From Pseudomonadota bacterium (GTDB taxonomy: Bacteria; Desulfobacterota; Desulfobacteria; Desulfobacterales; JBDRRP01): 64,000 bases of DNA. The stretch is taken from the NCBI GenBank assembly GCA_043825735.1, contig JBDRRP010000087.1, forward strand, positions 1-64,000, read 5' to 3'. The position numbers and the translations under genes were made by a program. This document shows, piece by piece, positions 37,378-46,921 of this stretch. The notes beneath the pieces were generated by a model. The model was not told the origin of the DNA. It did no database searches and saw only the letters and a program-made list of their open reading frames with translations. Within the stretch, counting starts at the first letter, position 1. Each line of letters opens with the position of its first letter.

Positions 37378-38355
37378 TTATGCTCCGGCGCGGTGTTTAA
37401 GATCGTTGTGACTTAAAAAGCCGCAAAGCGATTCTGCCCGGGTGACCGCCGCCACCACCGCCCGTTCCATGACACGCGCCGCCAGCAGACCCACCACGCT
37501 CAGATCCGCCGCAACCCGACCCGTGCACATGGCGAAAATCGTGTCGCCATCGACCATGGAGTGGGCAGGGCGCAGGGTGCGGCCGTAACCGTTGTGGGCC
37601 ATGGACGCCAGTTTGGTCGCTTCGGCTTTGGTCAATGCCGCGTTGGTAACGATCACCCCGATCGTGGTATTGCCGCTGAACAGGTTTTTTTTGTCTGCAT
37701 ACGCCTGGATCATGATCTCTTCGGTATCGGCCAGGGCGCTGCGATCTTCGGCCAGCACGCCCGCCAGCTTTTGGCCGGTGAGGGGATCGATCACATCTCC
37801 CAGGCAGTTGACGGCCACCATGGCGCCGACAACCAGCTCCCCCACCCGAAGGGCATAGGCGCCGAGACCGCTTTTCATGGCTCTGTCCATGCCCGCGATT
37901 TTCCCCACCACCGCACCGGTGCCGGCGCCGATGTTTCCCTGCCGGTCACCGCCGTGGTCGGCGTTGACGCAGGCCTGATATCCCATGTCTTTGTCAGGAC
38001 GGATCCGGCTGCTGCCGATGGTCAGATCAAAGAGCACGGCACCGCAGACGATCGGGACAACGGCAACCCCGACGTCGAACCCGACACCGCGTTCTTCGAG
38101 GTAGGCCATGACACCGGCGGCGGCATCGAGCCCGAAGGCGCTGCCGCCGGCCAGCATGACCGCGTGCGCCTGCTGCACCATGTTGACCGGATCGAGCAGG
38201 TCGGTCTCACGGGTGCCCGGGGCGCCCCCTCTGACGTCGACGCCGACGGTGGCGCCGTGGTCACTGATGATAACGCTCACGCCGGTGGCGGCATCCAAGT
38301 CCTGTGCATGGCCGATGCGGATGTCTTCGATGTCACTGAACGATATGGGGGTCAT
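37378..38355 (-). CDS. P1/S58 (DmpA-like) peptidase
   Basis: IGHAQ, DVRGGAPGTRETDLL, GGSAFGL, GAGTGA, NTTIG, H..DGDT.F. Confidence 0.9.
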   Translation of the reverse strand: MTPISFSDIEDIRIGHAQDLDAATGVSVIISDHGATVGVDVRGGAPGTRETDLLDPVNMVQQAHAVMLAGGSAFGLDAAAGVMAYLEERGVGFDVGVAVVPIVCGAVLFDLTIGSSRIRPDKDMGYQACVNADHGGDRQGNIGAGTGAVVGKIAGMDRAMKSGLGAYALRVGELVVGAMVAVNCLGDVIDPLTGQKLAGVLAEDRSALADTEEIMIQAYADKKNLFSGNTTIGVIVTNAALTKAEATKLASMAHNGYGRTLRPAHSMVDGDTIFAMCTGRVAADLSVVGLLAARVMERAVVAAVTRAESLCGFLSHNDLKHRAGA

Positions 38356-38421
38356 TGTGGTCAGGCCTTTCCGAGCCTTGAGTGTTGAGAATAGAAATCT
38401 GCGTATTGCAGCGTCTTAATT

Positions 38422-38553
38422 TTAATAGTCATGTAAAAAGTAATTTTGAACCGCAGAGATCGCAGAGAAACGCAGAGAATGTGTTGATAATTTATGGTTT
38501 GTCTCTGTGGTCTCTGCGCCCTCTGTGGTGATTTCTTTTTTAGGAGTTTTCAA
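38422..38553. repeat. Shell + CGCAGAG-core palindromic element
   Basis: gtaaaaagt..accgcagagatcgcagagaaacgcagag [AT] tctctgtggtctctgcgccctctgtggtg..tttttaggagttttcaa. Confidence 0.82.
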
Positions 38554-38555
38554 TT

Positions 38556-39047
38556 CTACCCGGTATGCCTCAACTGCCCGATGAGAACTCTCAGGTACCG
38601 GATACTTGAGAGCACCAGAGACAGACCGATGCCGATGTAGAGTACCGACAGCCAGGATTTCGGAATTGACGAATGGCGCAGCAGCACCCCCATTGCGATC
38701 ATTACGGCCACCATGACATAGCTCTTCCACGACATGAAGGAAAACACGCAGCGTTTGCCCTCCAGGGGCAGGATCCGCCCCAGGTTTTTGTCGACGATCT
38801 TTAAAAAACCGAAATGGTGAATCACCAGGGCAGCGGCGATGCCGGCGCCCGCATAGTCCATCGCACCGCGGATGCCGGGTGCTGACAGCCAGGCCCAGGC
38901 CAGTCGCACCAGCATGAGTCCGACGCCCAACCACATGACACCGGCCAATAGCAGCAGGACGCGTTTATCCACGGCCGGAGTCAATGTAATTCTTTTCTTT
39001 TTCATGACAAAGTCCGCCGCGCTGTTTCGATTCATAGACCGCTTCAA
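38556..39047 (-). CDS. Hypothetical membrane protein (4 TM)
   Basis: LLLLAG.MW..VG, F.KIV.KN..RI, C.FSF.SWKSY, LYIGIG.SL; start uncertain (39006-39047). Confidence 0.75.
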   Translation of the reverse strand: MKRSMNRNSAADFVMKKKRITLTPAVDKRVLLLLAGVMWLGVGLMLVRLAWAWLSAPGIRGAMDYAGAGIAAALVIHHFGFLKIVDKNLGRILPLEGKRCVFSFMSWKSYVMVAVMIAMGVLLRHSSIPKSWLSVLYIGIGLSLVLSSIRYLRVLIGQLRHTG

Positions 39048-39359
39048 AAATTATTTTCCCATCGGCGCTCTGCGATACCGGCGGTGAGCGGGATAATCAA
39101 GAGCAGCGCGCAGGCAGCCACCACTGCCGGTCAAAATGATCGGCATTGGATTGCAATAATTAAGTTCATAAGTAAAGCGTTATCGACGTCAACTAATGGC
39201 GCCTTCTCGTCTGCGATCGACGGAGTGGGCGCCAAGCGGCGCTCCTCTCAGAGGGCTGTTTCTCCTCCAGCGGGCATTGACAGCGCACCCGTTTATCCTT
39301 TAACAGAATTCGATTAATCTCATGACCATTCCACTCAGCAGCATCCAAGGAGGTTTTCC

Positions 39360-40187
39360 ATGTCTCTGATTACCGTTGATCCCGAACTGTGCCGGCGAGA
39401 CGGCATTTGTGCGGCCGAATGCCCCATGAAAATCATCGCTTTCAACGCACAGGGCGGCGCGCCGCCGGCATTGCTCGAAGCAGCCGAACCGGCATGCATC
39501 AACTGCGGTCACTGCGTGGCAGTCTGCCCCACTGCGGCGCTGACTCACAAGAACCTGTCTCCGGCCGATTGCCTGCCCGTAAATCCCGAGTGGCTGATGG
39601 GGGCGGACCGTGTCGAACACTTTCTGCGCTGCCGGCGCTCCATCCGCGTCTACAAGAAAAAGCCCGTGCTTCGGGAAGATATGGAAAAACTGCTCGATAT
39701 CGCCCGCTACGCCCCCAGCGGTCACAACCTGCAGCCGGTGAAGTGGCTGGTGGTCGACGGGCCGGAAAAGGTGCGCCAACTTGCGGCCCATGTGGCGGAC
39801 TGGATGCGCTATCTGATCAAAGCGCACCCGGAGATGGCCGGCCCCATGCACCTGGAGATGATCGTGGGCGCCTGGGAGCAAAACGTGGACGTGATCTGCC
39901 GCAGCGCGCCGGCCCTGGTGCTGGCAACTGCCGGTAAAAACGATCGCACCGCGCCGGCGGCCTGCACCCTGGCCTTGGCCTATCTCGATCTGGCCGCGCC
40001 CAGCCTTGGGATGGGGTCCTGCTGGGCCGGGTATTTCGGCGTGGCGGCGGCCCAGTGGCCCGCGCTCGTTCAGGCTCTGGGGCTGCCCGAAGGGATGATT
40101 ACCTATGCTGCCATGATGGTGGGTTATCCCAAGTTCAAGTACCACCGCATGCCCACCCGAAAACCGGTCGATGTGATCTGGAAATAA
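39360..40187 (+). CDS. Nitroreductase with N-terminal 2x[4Fe-4S] ferredoxin domain
   Basis: CRRDGICAAECP, CINCGHCVAVCP, RRSIR.Y, APSGHN.QP, GSCWAG. Confidence 0.93.
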   Translation: MSLITVDPELCRRDGICAAECPMKIIAFNAQGGAPPALLEAAEPACINCGHCVAVCPTAALTHKNLSPADCLPVNPEWLMGADRVEHFLRCRRSIRVYKKKPVLREDMEKLLDIARYAPSGHNLQPVKWLVVDGPEKVRQLAAHVADWMRYLIKAHPEMAGPMHLEMIVGAWEQNVDVICRSAPALVLATAGKNDRTAPAACTLALAYLDLAAPSLGMGSCWAGYFGVAAAQWPALVQALGLPEGMITYAAMMVGYPKFKYHRMPTRKPVDVIWK

Positions 40188-40205
40188 TACGGGAGGCGGC
40201 GCGGT

Positions 40206-40703
40206 TTATTTTTGCCTCAGGTCGAGGATGAATTTTTGCTCCACCACCTGCGTGCCCCACTGGGTGCCGGCATGCGCTTCGGCAAGTCGGAAACCGTACT
40301 TTTCGTAAAGGTGGCGGGCCGGGGCGAGGCCCTCGAAAGTCCACAGATAAATGGACGGGTGCCCGGCCTGGCGGCAGAAATCCAGGGCGCTGATCAACAA
40401 GAGATTGCCGGCACCCTGTTGGCGCAGGGCATCCGAAACGATGAACCATCGCAGGTGGGCGCCGTAGCGGGCGTCGTTAGCGCCGTCAATGGCAATGCCG
40501 CCTTCGATGGTGTCGCCGATGGCTGCGGTCCAGAACCCGTCCGTTGCCGGATCGAAGCGTTGGAGAAATGCGGCCATTTCGGTGGCGACCTTGGCTTCAA
40601 AGAACAAACCGAACTGCCAGTGGCGGCTGTAGTAGCGGGCATGGAGTTCAGCGATACGGCCGATGGCGCCGGGGCTGTAGCCGGCGGTAAGGCGAGGGGT
40701 CAT
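40206..40703 (-). CDS. GNAT acetyltransferase
   Basis: HARYY, FE..VA, AHLRWFIV, RQQGAG..L, LWTF.GL..ARHLYEKYGF. Confidence 0.9.
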   Translation of the reverse strand: MTPRLTAGYSPGAIGRIAELHARYYSRHWQFGLFFEAKVATEMAAFLQRFDPATDGFWTAAIGDTIEGGIAIDGANDARYGAHLRWFIVSDALRQQGAGNLLLISALDFCRQAGHPSIYLWTFEGLAPARHLYEKYGFRLAEAHAGTQWGTQVVEQKFILDLRQK

Positions 40704-40873
40704 TGTGGCTCCTTTTGGATACGGAAAGGCAATAGTCTACTGCCGGGCATCGGCGGGGTCAAGCCGGGCACATGCATGATATTTGATTGCCTCGGTCAAA
40801 ACTGCCGTTTATGATAATAAGCCGCGATGGGTATAATAAAAATATCGTTTTGAACAATGCCGAGGTAACGTCC

Positions 40874-43054
40874 GTGAAACGATTTGTGCTGATTGCCTGC
40901 CTGGCCCTGGCGGTCTGGAGCGCGGCTTCCAGCGGGGCTCAGGCCAAGGACGAATATGCCCGCGAAACGGGCAAGGGCTGTATCTTCTGTCACCAGGAAA
41001 GCACCGGCGGGGGGCTCAATACCGCCGGCTTTGCCTACATCCGCAACGGCTACCGATATCCCATTTCTGCGGCCGTGCTGGAAAAGGCCGAATCGCTTCA
41101 GAGCGCTTTTCACAAGACCGTGCGCTTTTTTGTGGGATACCTGCACCTGGTGGCGGCGGTGATTTTTTTCGGCGCGATCTTCTATATCCACATCTTCATC
41201 AAACCCGCCACACTCACCACCGGCATCCCCAAACCGGAGCGGGTGCTTGGGCTCACGTGCATGGTCGTTCTTACGGCCACCGGCGCCTATCTCACCTGGG
41301 CACGCATCGATCGCTGGGAGCAGTTTTTCAACAACAGTTTCGGGTTGCTGCTGTTTGTAAAGATCCTGCTTTTTGCCGTTATGGTGGCCATCGGCTTGAC
41401 GGCTGTTTTTTTCATCCACCGTCGCATGTCCCCGGCTACCGATGAACCGGCCGGCAGCACTGTATTGCCCGGCGCGGGCACCACGGACGCCGCACGCCCA
41501 GCGGTGTTTGTATTCGAAGGGAAAACCTATGATGTCGCCAACAGCGTCAAGTGGAAAGACGGGCGGCATTTCGGCCGGCACCAGTGCGGCACCGATCTCA
41601 CCGAAAGTCTGGCTGCCGCGCCCCATGGCAGGGAGGTTTTGGACAGGGTCCCTTGCATCGGGAATGTCGGCGAAGCGAAGACACCGAAACACCGGCAGCC
41701 GGCGGTACAAAAAGTCTTTGTGGTCATGGCCTATACCAATCTGGTGATCATTTTTCTCATTCTGGCCTGCATCAGTGTCTGGCGCTGGGATTTTCCGGTG
41801 CGCCTCATTGCCGAGTCCAGGGCGGATGTTATTGCCGGGACGACCTGCGTGGACTGTCACCGGGTCAAAACACCCGGGGTGACAAAGGACTGGGCCGCCG
41901 GTGTCCACGCCCGGCTGAATGTGGACTGCTACAAATGCCACCGGGCCAACACCGATTCGGCTGTCCTGAAGCGCCACCTCCAGTATGACCGCCACCCCAT
42001 TTCAGCGGTGGTGAGCCCGATCAATTGCGGCGGCTGCCACCCGAAGCAGGCGGAGGAGTACGCCCGGAGCAAGCACGCCAATACCCAGGAAATCATGTGG
42101 AAGGTGGACATCTGGCTCAACCAGGGGCACACCAACGCCCTGGAGCGCACCACCGGGTGCTTCGACTGCCACGGCACCGTGGTGCGTCTGGACCAAGACG
42201 GGCGCCCCGCGACCGGCACCTGGCCCAATGTGGGCGTAGGACGCATCAACCCCGATGGGAGCCTGGGCAGTTGCAGCGCCTGCCACACCCGGCACAAATT
42301 TTCCAAGAGCGAGGCCAGAAAACCCGAAGCCTGCGACCAGTGCCATCTGGGACCGGATCATCCCCAGATCGAGATTTACAACGAATCAAAACACGGCACC
42401 ATTTACCACGCCGAAGGCGCTGCCTGGGAGTGGGATCCGGAAGGCCGGCCCTGGACGGCGGCAACCGATTTCCGGGCGCCCACCTGTGCGGTCTGCCACA
42501 TGTCGGCCGCCGGCAGTCAACCGGCCTCACACGACGTGACCCGCCGGCTGAGCTGGGAGACGCAGGCGCCGCTAACTGTTCGCCCCGAAGATTTCAAACC
42601 TTTTCCCAGCAGCACTTCCTGGCGGGAGGAGCGAAAAGCCATGGAAGCGGTCTGCCTTCAGTGCCACGGCACCAGTTGGACGGCAGGGCATTTTGACAAC
42701 TACGACCGGGTGATCGCGCTTTACAACGACACCTACTACCGCCCGGTCCGCGTCCTGATGGACGACCTTTACACCATGGGGCTGCTGAGCAGCGGCACCT
42801 ATTTCGACGATCCCCTGGAATGGCAGTTCTATGAATTCTGGCATCACGAGGGGCGCCGGGCACGGATGGGCACGGCCATGATGGCCCCGGACTATGCCTG
42901 GTGGCATGGTTTCTATGAACTCAAACACCGCACCGCCACCATTCACGAAGCCGCCGATTATCTCGTGGGCCATGGACCGTCCACGCCATACCCGGCGCTC
43001 GCGGGGTCAGACGCGGCGACGACGCTCGATGCCCCGCTGCCGCCGCGCCCCTGA
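40874..43054 (+). CDS. Membrane-bound multiheme cytochrome c: monoheme + 4 TM + cytochrome b5-like + HAO-family octaheme domain
   Basis: 9 CxxCH motifs; signal peptide ending GAQA; FEGKTYDV..W..GRH..H..GTDLT..APHG b5-like motif; CHLGPDHPQIEIYNESKHG; HHEGRRARMG..MMAPDYAWWHGFYE. Confidence 0.9.
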   Translation: MKRFVLIACLALAVWSAASSGAQAKDEYARETGKGCIFCHQESTGGGLNTAGFAYIRNGYRYPISAAVLEKAESLQSAFHKTVRFFVGYLHLVAAVIFFGAIFYIHIFIKPATLTTGIPKPERVLGLTCMVVLTATGAYLTWARIDRWEQFFNNSFGLLLFVKILLFAVMVAIGLTAVFFIHRRMSPATDEPAGSTVLPGAGTTDAARPAVFVFEGKTYDVANSVKWKDGRHFGRHQCGTDLTESLAAAPHGREVLDRVPCIGNVGEAKTPKHRQPAVQKVFVVMAYTNLVIIFLILACISVWRWDFPVRLIAESRADVIAGTTCVDCHRVKTPGVTKDWAAGVHARLNVDCYKCHRANTDSAVLKRHLQYDRHPISAVVSPINCGGCHPKQAEEYARSKHANTQEIMWKVDIWLNQGHTNALERTTGCFDCHGTVVRLDQDGRPATGTWPNVGVGRINPDGSLGSCSACHTRHKFSKSEARKPEACDQCHLGPDHPQIEIYNESKHGTIYHAEGAAWEWDPEGRPWTAATDFRAPTCAVCHMSAAGSQPASHDVTRRLSWETQAPLTVRPEDFKPFPSSTSWREERKAMEAVCLQCHGTSWTAGHFDNYDRVIALYNDTYYRPVRVLMDDLYTMGLLSSGTYFDDPLEWQFYEFWHHEGRRARMGTAMMAPDYAWWHGFYELKHRTATIHEAADYLVGHGPSTPYPALAGSDAATTLDAPLPPRP

Positions 43055-43164
43055 ACCCGCTCATCGGCGGCGGGGGCACGGACGCTCCTTGCGCGTTTAG
43101 CCGTTTTCCGGTTTTGATGAAGAAATAGGGGCGGTGGTCATGACAATTGAAAGGATTTGAAACG

Positions 43165-43560
43165 ATGATGAAGATTTTGGTGGGGTTTGACAGAAGCAAC
43201 ACGGCCAAGGCCGCCCTGGATGTGGCAATCAAATACGCCGGCACCATGGGCGGAGAACTCATGGTGGTGAGCTCCCTGGTAGAGGGTAAGGACGACAACC
43301 TTCATGACATCGGTAACGCCGAGTCGGATCTTGACGCGGCCAAGGCCATGGCCACCAAAGCGGGCGTGCCGTGCACGACCCATCTGCTCATCCGGGGACT
43401 GCAGCCGGGAGAGGACCTTGTCCGATTTGCAGGAGAGCAGGGGGCCGATCTGGTGGTGGTGGGTATCCACCGGCGCTCCAAGGTGGGCAAACTCCTCATG
43501 GGGTCGACGGCCCAGTTCGTGATCCTCAAATCGCCGTGCCCGGTGCTGACGGTAAAATAG
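43165..43560 (+). CDS. Universal stress protein
   Basis: KILVGFD.S, ADLVVVG..RRSKVGKLLMGSTAQ.VIL..PCPVLTVK. Confidence 0.93.
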   Translation: MMKILVGFDRSNTAKAALDVAIKYAGTMGGELMVVSSLVEGKDDNLHDIGNAESDLDAAKAMATKAGVPCTTHLLIRGLQPGEDLVRFAGEQGADLVVVGIHRRSKVGKLLMGSTAQFVILKSPCPVLTVK

Positions 43561-43566
43561 AAAAGC

Positions 43567-43675
43567 AGGGTTCGAGGGTTCCAGGGGCCAAGGGTTCGAG
43601 GGGGGAAAAAACACACTCAATGATGGCTGGCTGGGGGTTTTGGGGTTCACTCGAACCCTTGAATCCTTGAACCCT
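43567..43675. repeat. Family D G-rich 8-bp repeat as an inverted pair
   Basis: agggttcgagggttccaggggccaagggttcgagg (43567-43601) .. ttcactcgaacccttgaatccttgaaccct (43646-43675). Confidence 0.82.
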
Positions 43676-43689
43676 CACAGGTCTTTGGC

Positions 43690-43784
43690 GGACAACCGGA
43701 GGCGTAGCGGCGCAACGTCGAGGATTGCAAAAGGAGCGAGCACGCCGCCGGGGGCCAAAAGATGCCATCTGTGGGCGGGCACTA
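43690..43784. mobile_element. Diverged partial family-M MITE
   Basis: accggaggcgtagc..tcgaggatt..gggccaaaagatgcc..tgggcgggcacta aligns with 63632-63720. Confidence 0.7.
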
Positions 43785-45161
43785 GTTGTTGAGGCTGTTA
43801 ATCGGCGCGGGAATGAGACCGCCGCGTCGTATAAAAAGATTGTCGCCCTTCTCGTTGTTGACCGCCATGATGACCGATTGCCCCAGCAGGCCGCCGAAAA
43901 AGGCAAACTCGCCGGCTTTTTTGCCGGGGACGGGGATGATGCGGGTGGCCGTGGTTTTTCTGTTGATGACGCCGATGGCCATTTCGTCGGCGATGATGCC
44001 GGAAAGCGTTTCGGCGGTCGTATCGCCGGGGATGGCTACCATGTCCAGCCCGACCGAGCAGACACTGGTGATGGCTTCCAGTTTTTCGATGGTCAGGTGC
44101 CCGGCTTCGGCGGCGGCTGAAATATTGAGGTCTTCACTGACAGGGATAAAGGCACCGCTGAGCCCTCCGACGTGAGAGCTGGCAAATGCGCCCCCTTTTT
44201 TTACGGCGTCGTTGAGCAGGGCCAGTGCGGCCGTCGTGCCGGGCACGCCGATGGCCTTCAGGCCCAGGCTCTGGAAAATCTCGCCCACGCTGTCGCCCAC
44301 GTTGGGGGTGGGCGCCAGGCTCAGATCCACCGCTCCGAACTGGATCTTGAGAGAATCTGCCACTTCACGGCCAATGAGCTCACCCACGCGGGTCACCTTA
44401 TAGGCCGTGTGCTTGATCAACTCCGATATCTGGCCCAGGTCAAGAGACGGTGTGTTGGCCAGTGCCCGCTGGATGGCCTTGTTCACCACACCGGGGCCGC
44501 TGACACCGACGTTGATGACCGCATCCGGCTCACCCACCCCCAGGTAGGCGCCGGCCATGAATGGAATGTCCTGGGGAATGTTGGCGAAGATGCACAATTT
44601 GGCGCAGGCCAACCCGTCTTTGTCCGCCGAGAGCGCCGCCGCTTGTTTGATGATCTGCCCCATGAGCACCACCGCATCGATGTTAATGCCCGCCTTGGTG
44701 GAGGCCACGTTCACCGAAGCGCAGACCCGCTCGGTCTGCGCCAAAGCCCGGGGGATGGCTTCGATGAGGGAGCGGTCTCCGTTGGCGATGCCTTTTTCCA
44801 CGAGGGCCGAAAATCCACCGATAAAATCCACATGCACCGCCTCTGCGGCGCGGTTGAGGGTATGGGCGATGTCCACCATGTCGTCGGCGGAGAAGGGGGC
44901 GGCGGCTACCGCGATGGGACTTACCGAAATACGTTTGTTCACCACGGGGATCCCGTATTTTTCGCCGACCCGGTCGCAGATGTCTACCAGGGGGGCTGCC
45001 AGTGTGGTGATTTTGGTGTAAATGTTGGCCTTGAACCGCTCGATGTCGTCGCTGGCGCAGTCAAAGAGATTGATACCGAGGGTGACGGTACGAAGGTCCA
45101 GATGTTCATTCCTGACCATCTCAAGTGTGCTCAGTATCTCATTTTCGTTAAGCATTTTCAC
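43782..45161 (-). CDS. DUF711/UPF0210 (PFL-like superfamily) protein
   Basis: LD.RTVTLGI.L.DC, NKRISVSP, PFMAGA, NVGVSGPGVV, DLSLAPTP, VGGLSGAFIPVSED, CSVGLDM. Confidence 0.93.
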   Translation of the reverse strand: MKMLNENEILSTLEMVRNEHLDLRTVTLGINLFDCASDDIERFKANIYTKITTLAAPLVDICDRVGEKYGIPVVNKRISVSPIAVAAAPFSADDMVDIAHTLNRAAEAVHVDFIGGFSALVEKGIANGDRSLIEAIPRALAQTERVCASVNVASTKAGINIDAVVLMGQIIKQAAALSADKDGLACAKLCIFANIPQDIPFMAGAYLGVGEPDAVINVGVSGPGVVNKAIQRALANTPSLDLGQISELIKHTAYKVTRVGELIGREVADSLKIQFGAVDLSLAPTPNVGDSVGEIFQSLGLKAIGVPGTTAALALLNDAVKKGGAFASSHVGGLSGAFIPVSEDLNISAAAEAGHLTIEKLEAITSVCSVGLDMVAIPGDTTAETLSGIIADEMAIGVINRKTTATRIIPVPGKKAGEFAFFGGLLGQSVIMAVNNEKGDNLFIRRGGLIPAPINSLNN

Positions 45162-45197
45162 AGTTTCCTTGCAGCGGTCGCTGCGGGGGACCAGCCG

Positions 45198-45752
45198 TTA
45201 CAGCCGGTTAAGGGTTTCGAAGATTTTTCGGTGTTGGATGCTGATTTCCAGATCCAGGTCAGAGGCCTTCGACCGAAGTTCGGCGTAAAGGGACCGGTGA
45301 TCGGTGTCATTGGGGATGTCCACTTCATAAATCATGAAGTTGTCGTTGGGATCGTTGCCGCCTTTAAACACTGCACGCAGGTTTGTGACATTGACACCGT
45401 GCTTGGCGATGATGGCCGTGATGGACGCTACCAGCCCCTTGCGGTCAGGGCCGCGGGTGGTGAGCACGAAGGGTTCGGCGTTGACGAAGCGGGGGTCGGG
45501 CTTGCGGGCGTCGAGGCGTTTGATGGTGACGTGCTGCCCCAGCGGTTTGAGCCCCAGACGGAGTGCATTGCCGAGGCAGTCGAGACCGCATTCGACGGGT
45601 ATGGTGGCAATGAATATTCCCGAAAATTCCGATTGCAAAATGGTCTGATCCACATTCTCGATGTTGCAGCCCTGTTCGAACAGGATCCGTGACACCGCCG
45701 CGATGATCCCCGGCCGGTCCTGGCCCAATACTGATATAACGACTTTGTTCAT
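45198..45752 (-). CDS. Double ACT-domain protein (GcvR-like)
   Basis: VISVLGQDRPGII..NI and GPDRKGLV..NV; ends IF..LNRL; upstream of DUF711. Confidence 0.88.
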   Translation of the reverse strand: MNKVVISVLGQDRPGIIAAVSRILFEQGCNIENVDQTILQSEFSGIFIATIPVECGLDCLGNALRLGLKPLGQHVTIKRLDARKPDPRFVNAEPFVLTTRGPDRKGLVASITAIIAKHGVNVTNLRAVFKGGNDPNDNFMIYEVDIPNDTDHRSLYAELRSKASDLDLEISIQHRKIFETLNRL

Positions 45753-45954
45753 CTCTATGCTCCATTAAAACGCCGTGCCTGTAACAGCCATCGCTGCTGC
45801 AGGCCTCGGTAAATTGGGAATCAAAAGCTTTTATCAGAACCGAAGACCGTGTCAAGGAACTTGACGCCGTCTTCGGTTCTTGAATCGATGGGGGCCTTTA
45901 TGCTAATTAGTGCCCAACCGCAAACGGTCATGACGAACTGAGCATGGAATCAAC

Positions 45955-46809
45955 ATGGAGCAGACGCCGCTGATCCGATTGATGAGGGAACACCGCACGC
46001 TGTTTATCGTCGTGGCCGTGGGGCTGCTGCTTTTGGAACTGGAAATCTTCGCCATTGCCGTGACCAAGTCCGGCCGAGAGTCCTTCCTTCAGGTGCTCGA
46101 CACCAGCGGCAATGTTTTGTATGAAACCGACGGCGAGCAGCTCAGCGACTTCAACAAGTACTATTTCGAAAAAACGTTCGGCCCCCTGGAGCATTTTCAA
46201 AAACGGCTCCAGACCCGTGAGCGCCCCTTTCCCTTCAGAGCCTGGTTCGCCGCCGCCGTGGGTGTCCCGGTCGGGGTGATATTGCTTATCGGGTTCGTGT
46301 TCAGAGCCTATGTCACCATGGTGTTCGGCCACCGAAAAACCCAGGAAACGGCGGAAGATGCACCGGCTCCGGTCGGCAGCCGTCTCGGTAGTTTCGACAA
46401 TCTGGTGCGCACGGTGAGCCAGTATAACATCTTCATTATCGGCTTCATCGTTTTCATCGGCGTTCTGGGTATTTGGTATCTACCTAATATGCTTAATGAA
46501 ATCGGTAAAATGGGGGTTGAGACCATTGCCAGATACAAGTGGGTATCCATCTCCGTTGTGGCGGTGATGCTGGGGCTCGTCATCTGGGTGATCTATTTGC
46601 GCTACCTGCTGGCCCGGAAAGTCATAGACAGCCAGACGGAGGTCGAAAAATACCGGCTTCAGTTGCAGTTGGACCCCTCGCTGCGAAATATGCCGGTGCT
46701 GGAGCACCGCCCCGAGGCGCCCATAGCCGTGGCCGCCTTGCCTCCCGGCGACGAACCGATACCGGAGCGGCCGGATCGGGTTAAATGGAACGGCGTCACC
46801 GATCATTGA
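45955..46809 (+). CDS. Hypothetical membrane protein (~4 TM)
   Basis: Long ORF with host-like codon usage and four hydrophobic segments. Confidence 0.75.
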   Translation: MEQTPLIRLMREHRTLFIVVAVGLLLLELEIFAIAVTKSGRESFLQVLDTSGNVLYETDGEQLSDFNKYYFEKTFGPLEHFQKRLQTRERPFPFRAWFAAAVGVPVGVILLIGFVFRAYVTMVFGHRKTQETAEDAPAPVGSRLGSFDNLVRTVSQYNIFIIGFIVFIGVLGIWYLPNMLNEIGKMGVETIARYKWVSISVVAVMLGLVIWVIYLRYLLARKVIDSQTEVEKYRLQLQLDPSLRNMPVLEHRPEAPIAVAALPPGDEPIPERPDRVKWNGVTDH

Positions 46810-46921
46810 CGAGCCGGGTGCGGGAATGCCGGTGAATACCCGCCGCGGTCGTGCTCTATGAGACGCCCATCGCCCGGTCGGGTTGACGCCCGCATCGGTT
46901 CTGCTCAGCGGAAGACGCTTT

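Noticed and set aside
40796..41995. 399-aa minus-strand ORF
   Set aside because: Antisense shadow of the multiheme cytochrome gene
44172..45692. 506-aa plus-strand ORF
   Set aside because: Antisense shadow of the DUF711 and ACT genes
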